Assembly: GCA_012295275.1 (NCBI GenBank)
Contig: CM022672.1
Location: forward strand, 9,424,001-9,488,000
Origin: Chrysomallon squamiferum
Taxonomy: Eukaryota; Animalia; Mollusca
DNA: 64,000 nt
Direction of reading: 5' to 3'
Positions 14,637-28,559 of the stretch are shown here, in pieces. How positions within the stretch are numbered: the first letter of the stretch is position 1; every line of letters begins with the position of its first letter. The notes under the pieces are model-generated. The model was not told where the DNA came from, made no database searches, and saw nothing but the letters and a program-made list of their open reading frames with translations. The position numbers were made by a program, and so were the translations under genes.

Positions 14637-15722
14637 CGTATAGAAATGAATGAATAAAGACAAAGAAAAAAGTACGTACACAGTCATGTTTCTGATGAAC
14701 ATAAACAATTTACTTGTAATATCTTCAGGGAATTTAAGAAGCTTTGAACTGTACAACTCCCAGTGTGCAAAAATTTGCGTAAATCTGACAAGTGCAAAGC
14801 TATTAGAGCCACAGAACTTAATACGCAGAACAACTGATTAATTCGTTACGTAGTCGACATCCACATAAACAGAAAAACCTACGTATGCTATTTGTAACGA
14901 AGGCACATGCAATACATCGCACGTATCGGAAAATGTATCGAGACAGTCATATAGCTTCGTGCAGCTTTGTTTAAAATTAATTATTAGATATAAAAAATGT
15001 TATCGTTTTAATGGGTATTGAATTAATATAAAAAGAAATTGAATATTTTTTTTTTGACTTGGGCATAGAAAGGAAACCGGTTAATTTAAAATAAACTTTA
15101 AAAGCTGTTAAGAATTTTTTATTTCGGTTTTGCATAAAACTTTAAAGTAGAGTAAGAAGCACAACAACAAAATCTAAACATACAAACCAACATGCGTACA
15201 TATTAATAGATAAACAAAAATACACAATTGTGCATTTACACATACTCACATACATACATACAGATAGTCAGATACGCATAAATATACATACACGCATACA
15301 CATACATATGTATACATATACATACATACATACGTTCATAAACACACACATACAAACAGACAAATACACATTCATACACACATACATACTCACGCTGTTC
15401 ATTACTAGTGTGTATGTGACAATTAACTCTATTTTTCCACTGCAGATGCCGTTATATTAATGTACTGTTATAATCGTGCAGTAGCGGTTTTTACTACGGA
15501 AGCAGAAACTCGTTACTAAGGTTACTATCAGCTTAATTTGATTTGTTCAGGTGTCGAGTTCCCGTGTAATACAACAACTGATCTCATGTCCCGGACACTA
15601 GCATTAACTACATTAAATTACCATATTACAACCACTTGTGTAGTTAATACAACAAAAATATGTTACTCAGCCATTTTATTTTTTTGCGGTTTTGGTTTCT
15701 GTAAACAATTACATTATAATGG

Positions 15723-15727
<5 letters not shown>

Positions 15728-15771
<44 letters not shown>

Positions 15772-15865
15772 CATCATCATCATCATCATCATTGTCTTTG
15801 TTGTGTTGGTATTGTTGTTGTTGTTGTTACTGTTGTTATTATTATCATCAGCAACAGCAGCAGCA
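15728..15865. repeat. Compound trinucleotide array (ATT)n(ATC)n(GTT)n(CAG)n
   Basis: Direct reading. Confidence 0.93.
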
Positions 15866-15884
15866 AATTATTCATTTAATTGTG

Positions 15885-16080
15885 AGCCCTAGTACCCTCT
15901 AGTGGGGATTGGCCACTGGAGGGGAGCGTAAGGATCATTGAAAATAATAGCAACCTTCGATTCCTGGAACCGCGTAAACCTCATCAGAGACAGGATCGGT
16001 TCAGTAAAGCCGAAATCTGTGACCGATTAATAATGCTGAGGTTTAAATTCGTTCAGAAAAAAAAAAAAAAAAAAAAAAAA
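15885..16080 (+). other. Short GC-rich structured element ending in poly(A); possible retroposed element or paired CTCF-like sites
   Basis: Hairpin 15895-15923, nested stems 15976-16044 and an A24 run at 16057-16080. Confidence 0.3.
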
Positions 16081-17411
16081 GAAGATATATAAATATAAAA
16101 TAAATTAAAACAAACAAACAATACAAACAAATAAATAAACAAATAAACTGACAAATAAATAAATAAATAAAATAAAATAAAATAAAATAAAATAAAAATT
16201 ACTCATGGGTACACACTGATCCATATGCTTAATTTACCAAAATGTGTTTGAGAACGGACATTATGCATGAATATGCATGTATTTATTAATAGTTTTAAAT
16301 TCATCTGCATTACTGCATCAATATTCTCTTTAACAACAAGCGGAAGAATCATTTGCAGAGTATCAAAGCATCCATGATCTGTTGCAGAATATATTTAAGA
16401 ATTTATAAACTCTCGTGTTCTTAATGCTGCATCTAGTTTCTGATCTACAATCTACCTCTTTTCAAAAACACAGAGCAACATAATTTTACAAATATTTTAG
16501 TTACACGAATCACAAATTCGTTTTATCCTTGAACTGTCTCTTGAGCTGGTACTCTTAGAGATGTGTTTATTTTATAGTTATATTTTTGTTCCAGTTTATT
16601 ATGGACTTTGATGGCTGTGAAAGGTTAACAGTGTGCTGCACAGCTTACATCCCAAGGACCTTGTGTGTTTCAAAATCTAATCACCCATCGTATTCTCTTG
16701 AGTCGGGTTGTCATTACCATATTAAATGTGATAATGTGTCCTTGATTTTGTTACCCAGTCTCCGATAGGCAATACTAGACGTGTCAACAGAAAAAGGAGG
16801 ATAAATATTAAATAGAATATGACGTAACCAGTAATCAAAAACATTCATTTTTAACGTTTGTATAAGCTAGCTGCAAAATATTATTCTTGCATATATATTG
16901 TTATTATTCCAGCCACAGCGTCAATATCAATCTGCAGAATGATTGTAGATATTTCCCTATCTAAGTAGCGATTGATAGACGAATTAGGCAAAATACGTAA
17001 ATTCATTTTCTCACAGAAACTGAAGGCAGATACACAATCACGAACACACACACTTGAAGCCGCCCCATCCAAGGATTTTTTATTTTAAAAAAATCGTTTG
17101 GCCTTCAGGGGTTTTATAATCAGTCTATCAAGGTTATAAAATAAATATAAAGAAAATAATATTTGAAAACGTGTGGATAATAAAAATGCAGGCTTTATAT
17201 AAAAATGTGAAAAATGAAACAGAGACGGAGACAAAGAGAGAGAGGCAAAGAGAGTGTGTGCATTTTAGTGAAGGAAAAATGGGGTTATAGTCTACGTATG
17301 TAAATAATTTTTCACTGAAAACAAAATAGCTTTTAACTGTTTTGCAAACACTAAGACATTATGATAATGGTAATAATAACATATAATAATAACTATAGTA
17401 ATGATGTTGAT

Positions 17412-17447
<36 letters not shown>

Positions 17448-18588
17448 TATAATGATGATGATGATGATGATTAAGGTAATAACAACAACAACAACAACAA
17501 TAATATTATTCCTTTCTTTCCTCAGAACGTAATGTCAGCGGTGTAGGAAATTTGATCTTTTGCTCTTCGGCAACGTCTCTATTAAGGCGACAATAGAAAG
17601 TATTTATTTGCAATTTGTTTTGTTTATTTGCAGTTTGTTTTGTTTAACGAGTACTAGATTTTGGGAGAATGTAAAACTACGACATCTGTAGGAATTCATG
17701 GTGCATAGATGAATAAAATATTCTGATATATTTTTTTTTCTTTTTTCTTTTAATGATTTACATTTTTGACTCGAAATGGAATTATTACAGATTTCGCATC
17801 ATTTAATTAAGCAAAATTTTATTTCTTTTGCAAATTTCTGAAAAATATTATATAAAAATATCTGCAATTTGTATAAGATGTATAGAATATATTAATGGAT
17901 TTCTTGTGTAGCTTTAGATCCTATTTTAAGGAATATCTTATGTATTCCAGAATCTGAAACATTCTCAGATTTCGGATAATGGATGTTAATGTTTTACTAC
18001 TACTACAACAACTACTAATGCAATTAGTATTATTTCTACTACTGCTACGAGTCATTTTACTATTGCTACTAACCTAATTCCACTACTACTGTTGTAATTA
18101 TATCTAGACTACCACCCTCAACTACGTGTACTGTAATTATCATCACCATCATCATCATCATCATCATCATCATCACCACCATCATCATCATCATCATCAT
18201 TATCGTCGCCATCGTCAATATCTTCATCACCATTACCGATAGTTTATCCTTAATAAACCCGTCTGTTTTTGTTGGGTTTTTTTGTTGTTTTTTTATATAT
18301 ATACAGAGACACCTGTTTAATATTAATTTACAAAATTTCCTTTCGTTGCGCTTTTCACGACACCAAACACAGACCAGTTGTGATCACCGGTTAGGAGAAA
18401 GGAAAACGGTGATTAAATGATGTCATCTCGTTGATTGATCGTTCGGAGAATCACGCGCTTAGCTCGGCGTTATATTAATGTTATCTCATATTTCTTTAAT
18501 AATCAGAATACACGCAATTTCCCCTATAGACAAGTCAAGCCTCGCTATCAGTCAGTTAGCTGGAAGAGGATAATAATAATAATAATAA

Positions 18589-18624
<36 letters not shown>

Positions 18625-18941
18625 GAATGTAAATTTTGCTGATGGCTTTAGCTTCTGGACAATAATGCGAACCGAACCAAGAAAACGGAGATAATTATAT
18701 TGCGTTGCCAGTTGACGTCATACATCCTGGATTTCCTTATCATATCTGTTTTGTTGTGGGTTTTTTTCCTTTCTCTACTATCTGTTTCAGTAAAGCGCAG
18801 GAAGATACTTCCTCAAGCTGGATGTTGACATTTACTGCAAGTTAAAGGCTTCAAATCTGTTTTCTAAAAAAAATAATTAAAATATTTTTTAAAAATTGCA
18901 ATAATAATTAAAAAAGAAAATTATGAGAAGAACAGGCTATG

Positions 18942-18982
<41 letters not shown>

Positions 18983-19224
18983 GTCTGTCTCTCTCTATCT
19001 CTATGTATATGTATATATATATGTGTATGTATGTATGTAAGTATTATGTAAATGTATACACGCACGTACTACATTTTTTCTTATAATATATGGAGAAATG
19101 TATAGGGTATCATCTATCGTACACGTTTTCTAAGTTAAATGATATCACTTCTTTTGTCTTTTCTAACTGGTGATATATTCAGCAGATAATGAAATAATGA
19201 TAGTAATTACGATAGTCGTACTTA

Positions 19225-19590
19225 TAGAAAGGTGATAAACGGTTTTATTATCGTTATACAAAATACTAATGCTAATTCCACTGAAAGGTGATAAATAGTT
19301 TTATGGTCGTACATAATATTGTTAAATTGTTTGTCATCATACGTAATAGTGTTAAAGAGTGTTATCACCATCATACGTGCTTTTGTTAAATAGTTTTATC
19401 ATCATCATCCGTACTATTGCTAAAGAGTTTTACCATCATCATAGATAATATTGTTAAATGTTTTTGTTATCATCATACGTAATATCGTTTACTATGTCAC
19501 ATGGCAAAAACGTGAAAGGAAACCATTTTATCAATATTTACTGAAAGTTAATAAACAGTTTTGCTATCATCCTACTTAACATTGTCTTAA
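19225..19590. repeat. Degenerate ~34-bp minisatellite (tattgttaaatagttttatcatcatcatacgtaa)
   Basis: Five clear consecutive units at ~19318-19490 with decayed flanks. Confidence 0.85.
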
Positions 19591-22500
19591 TCTTTACGTG
19601 TGAACGATTTTATTATGTACTTTTTAATTCCATTTTTGAAATATCCAGTAACATATCTAATATGTTAAACTTAAATCGTATTTGACTGTTGTGGAGTCTA
19701 TCAGTGAAACAAAATGTTTAAGAAATATGTGGAATAATACATTTGTAATTACTGAAATAATGGAACAGTTATTCAGAATATAACAGTAGGATACCAGATT
19801 TTCTCTCTATAAATAAAATTTGCAAATGTCTGTTTTATTAAATGCTTAAACATCCATAAATGCTGTAAAGAATTCTCTGTAAAATGATTTTATAGTTGTT
19901 ATATTTGGATCTAGTAATATATATGACATGTAAAATGTACGTTCAAATAAGTAGTGTTTACGAAACATATATTTAAACTATTAAACTTTTTGGCAGCTAG
20001 AGTCACATAAAGTATTTCTATAAAATACAGTATTTAAAAAGATAGCTAAAACTATTATGATAGTTATAACAACCAAGAATAATATTTTTGTCTGTAATAT
20101 TTAAACCTTATCTCTTTTGTATTAAAAAATCTACGAGACAACGACAGCAGTGGTGAATAAAACATCTATAATATCCATATTAACATTCTGAAAACATCTA
20201 AGATATGAAAACGCCACAAAGGCTGTAAAAATACAGACTCACATTTTAACTACGCGAAAGATAAATCTATACGGAGATTAGCGAATTTCCAGAGAACGAC
20301 TCTTGAACGGAAACTGCAGATACATCGTCGTGTCAGGAGACCAGACAGTTTCCTCCACAGGGAATCTCCGTGTTCTCCCAGACCAGGTGTGAGAAGCGCA
20401 GCGTCCTCGTATCAGCCCGATCCACGAACACCCAACACCTGCACAGTCGTTAAACTATCGGCCACACCGCCCTGAAACACTGCTTCCATTTAACAACGTC
20501 ATCAGTGCTGATTTAGTAAGAAATAACACTCGTTTAGCACCGCCATGGGATCACGTATCGTGTTTACTGGTTTACGTTTTACAATGCTGCTGTATCAAAA
20601 GATACAGAAAGCATCCAACTGACTTGACATATCTTGTTTCTGAATGGTCTTTTCTCCTTTTTTATTATTATTATTTTTTTCTAACTATAATTCAGTAGTT
20701 CTTTTCCTCTGTTCCATGTTTGCACTGTATTTATCTTTTGTTACATGTATCAGTTCGTTATGATAACTGTCTACGTTATGCTAGTAAATGATTATTGCTT
20801 GTCATATACTTTAACTCATACGTGAACAATCTGACTGGTTTGCTTTCTATAAGATTTGAAGTTTCATGATCAAATGGGCTTTTTTTTTTGTTTTGTTTTC
20901 ATTTCTTCTTTTGTTTTTTAACGTTATGCATCTACTGTATCCCATGTAAACAGTTTTCCAGTGAAATCTTCTTTGGTTGGTGAGTTAAAAGATATATTTC
21001 GGATCTTATCTTGAGATTTAAAGTCTTAAGTATCGTGTTCTGAGAGCTTTGTTATCAATTACCTTGTCAGATCTCACGGGTATTAAAATACGCAAAGGTA
21101 TTTGCTAAAATTCACCATCATTAAACATCCCCGTTGTACGAGTAATTGGTGTTTTTCTGTATATATACAGGGACAGGACGTTTCCCTTTGTTCTCAGTCC
21201 TATAACAGAAAGAAAGTTTTACCACTTCCGCTGTTCTCGGAATCACTTCCGTTCTCGCTAGATTTGAACACATCCGGTTGTCTGGCTGTCACTTCCACTG
21301 AGAGTTTATCTTTCAGTTTATTTCGTAGATATTAATTTCTTCCATTTTATAACCAAAGTTGTTGTCGACAAGGAATAGTTAATGAAATATGTTAATAATG
21401 CTTCTTTCAGTCTATAAAGATGCTGATAAAGTTCAATGAAGAGGATAACACAGTTAAGTAGAAAGAAAGCAAAGATTAAACAACAAGAAGAAGTTATTGT
21501 GGACAAAAGAATTAAGAAAAAAGAAAACAAGTAACAAAAAGGGGAAAAGAAAAACGGAAATAAAATCATGAGAGAGCAATAGAAATACGTAAGAGAAAAA
21601 TAAGAAATTATGGAAATAATAATAAGAAAATTTGTTTTAAAAATCATTACCAGAATGACGATTAACTAAAATACTGAAGAAAAATATTAAGTATTAGATG
21701 AAGAATATAAAAATAATAATAATAATAATGAGAACAAGAGAGGATGGATGGATATAATAGGAATAACAACATTAAAAATAAAAAAAAGAGGGAATAAAAA
21801 AATTCTAAGAACACGAACAGCATATATGATAAAACGAAAAGTATTAGTAGTATTTTTTTTTGTAAATATCAACAAAAGGAAAAACGAAAAATGGCAAAAA
21901 GATCAAAAGAATAAGAAGAATATAAATTATAAATGAATACTAAATAAAGCAAACAATTACTACCACAAAGATGAAAATAAAAATGTATGTATTGTATTTA
22001 TTCAGGTCAGTGAACCCACACAACGACATATGTAAATTGACTAATAATTATGCGTTCTCATATTTCAAGAAATGCCTACAGTTTATTATTAGCATGTACT
22101 TTTCTGCTTATGAAATTGCATGTTGATTTTATTGTCATCATAATCACGAATGACAGGTTTGCGATTTCTCTGCAGCATACAGAAAATATCTTTTCCCTTT
22201 TTACTTCACTGTGTTGGGCACTGAATCAATTAAACTGACATCTGAACGTAGATCTTTAATTTACCAAGACAAAGCAAAAATGTCATAGAAAAACAAATTC
22301 AAAGAATAATAAACGAATTACAGCAATGTTTACGTTGTTTTCGTAGCTGGCTTGCGTGCTCGGCAAATTGGACACGAATGGAAACGGTTTTCTATGCAAT
22401 TATGAAGAAACTAAAGATTGCTTTTGTTACGAGCCTTTATGGTCAACTGCGTTTACCGAATTAGTGCTTTTGTTTTGACCAGTTACTTTATTAAGAAATG

Positions 22501-23111
22501 TGTGCGCTAACTTGTTATTAATATTTGTTAGTGTTTCTCAAATATTTCCTGCTGTGCAATTCCATGTTCTAATCAAGGGAAATTAATTATTGTAGAACAA
22601 ACACATACTGCCAAAGATTGCTTTTCGGTGAACATCTTTTAAAGGGAGAAACCAGCCAGAAATCGCAGAAGGCTGACTGGAAGGAATAGGTTCGGTGAAA
22701 ATTTCAGCAGAAGATTGCTAATAGACATGAACCATATTTTATAACCATTAGCAATAGAGTGCAAGGAAATATGCAGAAGAGGTTAGAACAAATTTTTGTT
22801 GCCATCTTTCTTGGGATGAAAAGGAGTTGGAAACTACTACATACACTATAAAAAATCAGCGACTAATGCTTTGGTACTCAAAAATCACCTGAAAGCCAGT
22901 TTTCAAAGAGAGGAGCGAGTTTAGAGAGAATCAGAGCAAGGTTTAAGTGTAATAGCTGTCACTCTGTAGAGTCAGTTGTAAAATACATTATAAATTACAA
23001 ACCGTTAGAGACTTTAACATCTAATTCTTAGTAACTGTTTCTTGACATGCTTTGATCATCAAGTTTACTGTACACTGATCGATAAGAAGTGTTCCATATT
23101 AAATGATATAT

Positions 23112-23158
<47 letters not shown>

Positions 23159-24663
23159 TTCTCTGACTTTCTCTCTCTTTAGCGCTCTCTAGCTCTTTCC
23201 CTCTTTCTCCCTCTATCCCTCTCTCCCTCTGTCTCTGATTCTCTCTGTCTGTCCCTGTTTCTCTGTGTGTCCCTCGCTGTGTGTCCCTCTCAATCTGTCT
23301 CTACCTCTGTCTCTATATTCTCTCCTTGTCAACCAAGGCCTATTCACAATAAAACAGCTGAACATAATTTACTGACATTATAACACAAAAAATATATATA
23401 TATATTTTTTTTTAAACAAGTCGATTCTTCAAAACATCATACTATCAATAGCGTGACATTTCCAGAACACCACGTTAAAGATATTTCATGTAAAAAACAT
23501 TTTCATATTGATTAACGCTGTGTGAATATATTAATTTTATCAATATTTATACGACACAACACACTGTCAGTGGTTCTTAATTACAAACAATGATGCATGG
23601 ACGCAGTAATAACAAAGTTCAAGAAACCATGTAAATATGTAGATAATTAGTAATCACAGCTATTGTGATATGAAAATCAATGATATTAGATTTGAGGATA
23701 CGGGTTTTGACATTATGGTGCATGTGCTGAATGATGTGCATGTCGGTCTGTCTGTGTGTTTGTGTGTACGTACTGTCTGCACAGCTGGGTATTTATTATT
23801 ATTATTATTATTATTAGGATTAGGATTAGGATTAGGATTATTAGGATTATTATTGTTATTATTGTTGTTGTCGTCGTTCTTGTTCTGATTATTTTACTAC
23901 TCCTATTTTATTTATTCTGATGATTACAAATTATGATGACAATGATCGGATCATCATTATTAATTATTATAGTTTATTACTACAACTACTATGATTTCTA
24001 CTACTGATGTTGTTACTGTTGCTGCTGCTTTTGTTATTATTCTGATGACGACGATAATAAAGAGACAGTGAATATTATTATTACTGTTAGATTTCATTTT
24101 CCTCGTACTGTGTTGTCAAATTATGCTACACCGTTTATAATACATTGCCTTGTCCATGTTTATTCTGTTCCATTTTGTTTTGTTCTTGTTTGTTGTTGTT
24201 CTGTTGTTGTTGTTCGGGGGTTTTTGTGTGTGTTTGTTTTGTTTTTTGGTGTGTGTTTGTTTTGTTTTTTGGTGTTTTTTTTTATTCCATGAATTATTCT
24301 GTTTAGCGGAGGTTTTGGGAACATCTAAGTTTAAAAAAATAATTGTAAAAGTTAATAAAAGAAATACGTGTCTTCTGTCTTGCTAAAGTACCTGACGTCT
24401 TTAATTTAGACACTGCAGATATCCTAATTTAAATGATAAACACGTCACAACAAAGAATTAAGAAAAAGAAGAAGAAAACGAAAAGCTATGAAGACGAAGA
24501 AGAAAAATACAGAACAAGGCGAAAAAAGAAAAAAAAAAAAAAAAAAAAACCACAGCACTTTTATTGGTAATTCCTTGAGTACTGTACACGAGCTGGCGAT
24601 AAAAACTGCCAAGCCTTGACAACATCCCCAGGCTGCTAATGCCTACAGAAAATAATAACTGTG

Positions 24664-24808
24664 TTGCATATAAGCACGTGGAATGTTTGCCAGCGATGTG
24701 TCTCCAAGGACAATGAAAAGAGCATTGGCGACGAGAGATCTTTGGCTACTGTTGTGGGACAAAGTGGCGAGATTTGACACAAATTGGATGCTTCTTCTGG
24801 GAAGCGGT
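24664..24808 (+). mobile_element. Possible highly degenerate non-LTR (RTE-like) APE endonuclease N-terminal remnant
   Basis: LHISTWNV at 24664-24687; after a frameshift, KRALATRDL...DTNW...GSG at roughly the spacing of RTE xTWNV...TALVAREL...ETRW.GSG. Resemblance judged from memory only. Confidence 0.2.
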
Positions 24809-24849
24809 TTAAATCCACTATTTTGTCGTACAGACAGGATCATTAAGCA

Positions 24850-25205
24850 AGCCGTAATTTTTCAGCTGATACTTCTGTCAGTAATAGTGATTTTTGCGAG
24901 TATGTGTATGGTAATAGTGATTTTTGCTAGAATGATATTCCAGATAATTTTTATTTTTTTATTTTTATTTTTTTGGGCCAGAATATGTCTTGTGATAGTG
25001 ATCTCTGGGAAGAGTCTGAAGGTGGTAACAGTTAATTTGGAGCGTGAAATGTATAATATTTTTAGTCAACGTTTTGAGAGTGTCAAGTCACTGATAGTGA
25101 TCCTCTCGACAGGAATAAATTGGTAGTTGTGATTTTTTGCAGGAATGAGATGAGACTCGGTGATTTTTTCAAGAAGAAGGTTAGAGGTTACTGCAATTTT
25201 ATAAA
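24850..25205. repeat. Degenerate ~30-bp minisatellite, core (GTA)ATAGTGATTTTTG
   Basis: gtaatagtgatttttgc at 24881 and 24911; decayed copies continue to ~25200. It drives the VIVIFA pseudo-repeats in ORF 24683-25126. Confidence 0.75.
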
Positions 25206-25289
25206 TATGAATGAAAAGTGAATATGTATGTGTGTGCGTGTGTGTATATATGTGTAGGTGTATATACATGTGTGTATGTGTGTATGTAT

Positions 25290-25322
<33 letters not shown>

Positions 25323-25892
25323 AAAGAAATCGTATGCCATTAATAATTAATAATATAACTACGAGATAAAAGTCTACGATGTATCCACTAAGACATCAAG
25401 ACATCGTCCTTTGAAAACCATTAAAATGGGTTGGTTCAATTAGTTTAAATCCACTAACGATAAGACCAATTTGAAAATATGCATCGGCTAAAGAAGACTC
25501 TTGTCAACAAAATTATCGAACGCCCTTGAGTATCACCATTGTTTACTACAGTCCATTAACTCCTTAACTGCATGAACCACAACAGCGTTTGTGATAAATA
25601 AATAAACAAACATAACTACAAAATAGACACAGATGATAAATGAGTAAATATTAACTAAACAAATAAATAAACAGATAAAAAGAGAAGTATTTTATGTATG
25701 TCTTTAGATGGGAAATGGATAACTGAATTATTAATTCTTACAAAGGTGTATTGGTATAAAATGGTGGAGGGGATTTTTGTGTTTTTTTTTTTACTTTACT
25801 TACATTATTTGCATCTATGTTGAATCGATGAGGAAAACAAAGTCTTGATGACATTAACAAACATTACAAACATTATTAGAATCAGGGCATAC

Positions 25893-26036
<144 letters not shown>

Positions 26037-26299
26037 AAATATTAGATACTCTATAGATTAACTCATTCCACTGGACTAACACTGGAGTGTTTCTGAAGTT
26101 GTAACAATGGTTAAACTGACTTCCTAATGCTTGGATTAAAATTTCCAGAACATATACGACTCCAATTTGGTCTCATCAAAATAGTTTGAATTATTATCTA
26201 GTCAGTATGAACCTTCCAAAGCAGAAGCTTGCCAGATATCGTATTTACTTGCATTAATTTTACTTGGATTAATTAACTTTAATGAACTAGGTTGAAGTG

Positions 26300-26660
26300 T
26301 AGCTGACTGGCAGATTCATTCAGGGTTAAACTGCCCGCCTAACTCAAGACTTAATATGGCAGAAACGTGATCGACTTCTGCATTTACAACTTTGCCACAA
26401 ACAAGATGGCGGATTCTGTGGCATTGTGCATTGCTGTGCTGCAGATCTCATTAAAACTGGTATTCATTATTTGGACGCCCTGGTGTGGAACAGTGTAACC
26501 ACTTACTGTCAGTGAGCTGAAACCCGCACTGGACAAACTAGTTAATGATTTCGCTGTGACGTCCTTAATAAGCAGACTGAAACTTGACACTCTTTGTCTT
26601 CTTAAAATCCATCCTCGGTAAAGCATTCACACCTGTCTTCGATGGACGCAGAGGTCTAAT
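26300..26660 (+). promoter_or_regulatory. GC-richer island with YY1 motif CAAGATGGCGG overlapping an ATG in strong context
   Basis: Motif at 26402-26412; ATG 26406 opens a 30-codon hydrophobic frame. Confidence 0.3.
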
Positions 26661-28069
26661 CTCAAGGACACACTGATAGACTGAGAAGTATATTAATGGT
26701 TATTTTTTTGGTGTTATATTAATAATTTTAGAAGATAATGCAGATACAGTTCACTGATCAAATCCCATCCAGTCCGTAGAACATGAATGAATGAATGAAT
26801 ATTTAAATAAATAAATGAATAAAGTAAATAAGTAATTAAGTAAGTAAGTAAAAAAAAATAGTTATTGCGGTACAGTATATACATCACTAACATATGTCTT
26901 CATTTTCTTGAAAAATAACGAGATTTAATATTAAATAGAAGTTGAGATGAGTGTATATTTTACCGTCTTCTGTTAGGAATTAAGTGAAAAGATAAGAAGT
27001 AACAATAATTACTCTTCTTTTTAGTTCACTTTGTAAAAGAAAAAAGAATAAGAAGATTCGAGCCGAGAGCCAGATTCCAGTTCAGTGATCTAAACCTAAA
27101 CTGTTTCACGTAGCCGATGCATTTCACAAACAATAAAGAAAGAAAAAAAGTCTATGATATTGTAGATTATTTGAGAAACCACTTAATTTTTCTTGCTTCC
27201 CTTCATTAGCAATATTCTTCGGACTTTTCTTTCTGTCTCTACTTAGGATATTTAATTCACTAAGTTTTACTTACTGTTTATGTTTTATGTTATTTATTTA
27301 TTTATTATTCTTGTTGCTGTTGTTGTTATTGTTACTGTTGTTGTTGTTGTTGTTGTTGTTGTTGCTCGTTCATTTTTCGACTTTGTTTCTTACGACAAAG
27401 TCGTTCTGTTGAAGATTCGGTTTTTGTGAAATAAATTCTTCATTTTGCTACCATTTAAGCATTTCACTGACTTCTCACTATGCAACATTCACCAAGAAAC
27501 AACATTTAGTCCTAAGATATTTTGTTGACCGAACTTTTTTTTTTTTTTTTTTTTTTTTTTGACCAAAATCACGTATCGATTTTATCTTATCAACCAAATT
27601 GGACCTTGATTTTCGTAATTGCCAAGCAATTTAAATAATAATTCCAATTTGATTTAAGTTTAATCTTCCGGTATTAATGTATTTTGATGTCAAATTATCC
27701 AAATCGTTTTTATATCGTAATGATTACAAATAACAAGAAGTCAAGGTGTAATTTGAAAATCGGATGTTTGTGTGACCTACATTCTTTTAAATTGAACTGC
27801 TGTTCAAAGGCGTCAGTATGAATCATTTAAAAATATATACCTTTTTTTTCTAACTTCATTATTTATTTATTTATTTATTTATTTATTCACTGACAGTTAA
27901 TTACCTATTTTATATTTGTTAATATGTCTGCAAGTGTCTTTGTCGCTCTTATTCGATGTTTCCATTTTGAATTCCTTTAATAAATTTTACATTAACAGTT
28001 CCTACCTTTTACTACTGTGTATGCACTGAGTTTATTTAAAATTCACTGCTTCGTAGTTTATCTAACTAT

Positions 28070-28490
28070 AATTCAGTGCCCACGTTTGACCACACTTTCA
28101 GTTGACACCTTAAACCATAGGTTTAATTTTCTCATTAGCCATACTTTCACTTTTCACGTTATACCATACTCTCAGTTTTTAAGTTAAACCATCAATTTAG
28201 TTCCATACTTTTATATTAACATTACATCATAATTTCAGCTTTCACGTTGTAGCATACTTTCATTTTTCACATTAAACCACTCAATCATTTTTCACGTTAG
28301 ACCATACATTCAGATATCACGTTAGACCATAGTCTTGATTTTCATGTTAAGCCATCAAATTCAGATTCCATGTTTCAGTTTCTTTAATTATCATTCAGTT
28401 TTCACTTTAAAAAAAACCCATCATAAATGCAGTTCGTTCGACTAAAATTTAATTTACAAGTTAGACCAAGCTTTCAGTTTACAAAACTAA
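28070..28490. repeat. Degenerate 25-bp minisatellite (ttaRaccatactttcagttttcacg)
   Basis: More than a dozen units, e.g. ttagaccatacattcagatatcacg followed by ttagaccatagtcttgattttcatg. Confidence 0.87.
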
Positions 28491-28559
28491 CAGTCCTAGT
28501 TTCCATCTTTTACCATCTCGGTTGCAATCAATTTGTTTAACTAACATTCACATCTTCTG

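Noticed and set aside
15926-15939. Resemblance to the 18S rRNA 3' end (gcgtaaggatcatt)
   Set aside because: Only 14 nt; no flanking rRNA similarity.
15950-15995. Hammerhead-like CUGAUGA...GAA on the - strand (also at ~30510-30530 and ~20480-20505)
   Set aside because: The cores read GAAG or GAAU rather than GAAA, and stems I and III cannot be built convincingly.
20240-20490. In-frame TGA on the - strand (…RGSG*YEDAA…) as selenocysteine
   Set aside because: No CxxU/UxxC motif, no recognisable selenoprotein similarity, and no SECIS seen.
23814-23846. Telomere-like (TTAGGA)n
   Set aside because: About five units embedded in a (TTA)n tract; best explained as a slippage variant.
26426-26444. 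miR-33b-like GTGCATTGCTGT
   Set aside because: The 3' half diverges and there is no star arm at the right distance.
26499-26630. PLTVSELKPALDKL as a LINE pre-RT motif
   Set aside because: No following PGPDG-like motif and too short to support.
27378-27403. Perfect 9-bp hairpin cgactttgt/acaaagtcg
   Set aside because: Several such stems are expected by chance in 64 kb; no Helitron CTRR end or other context.
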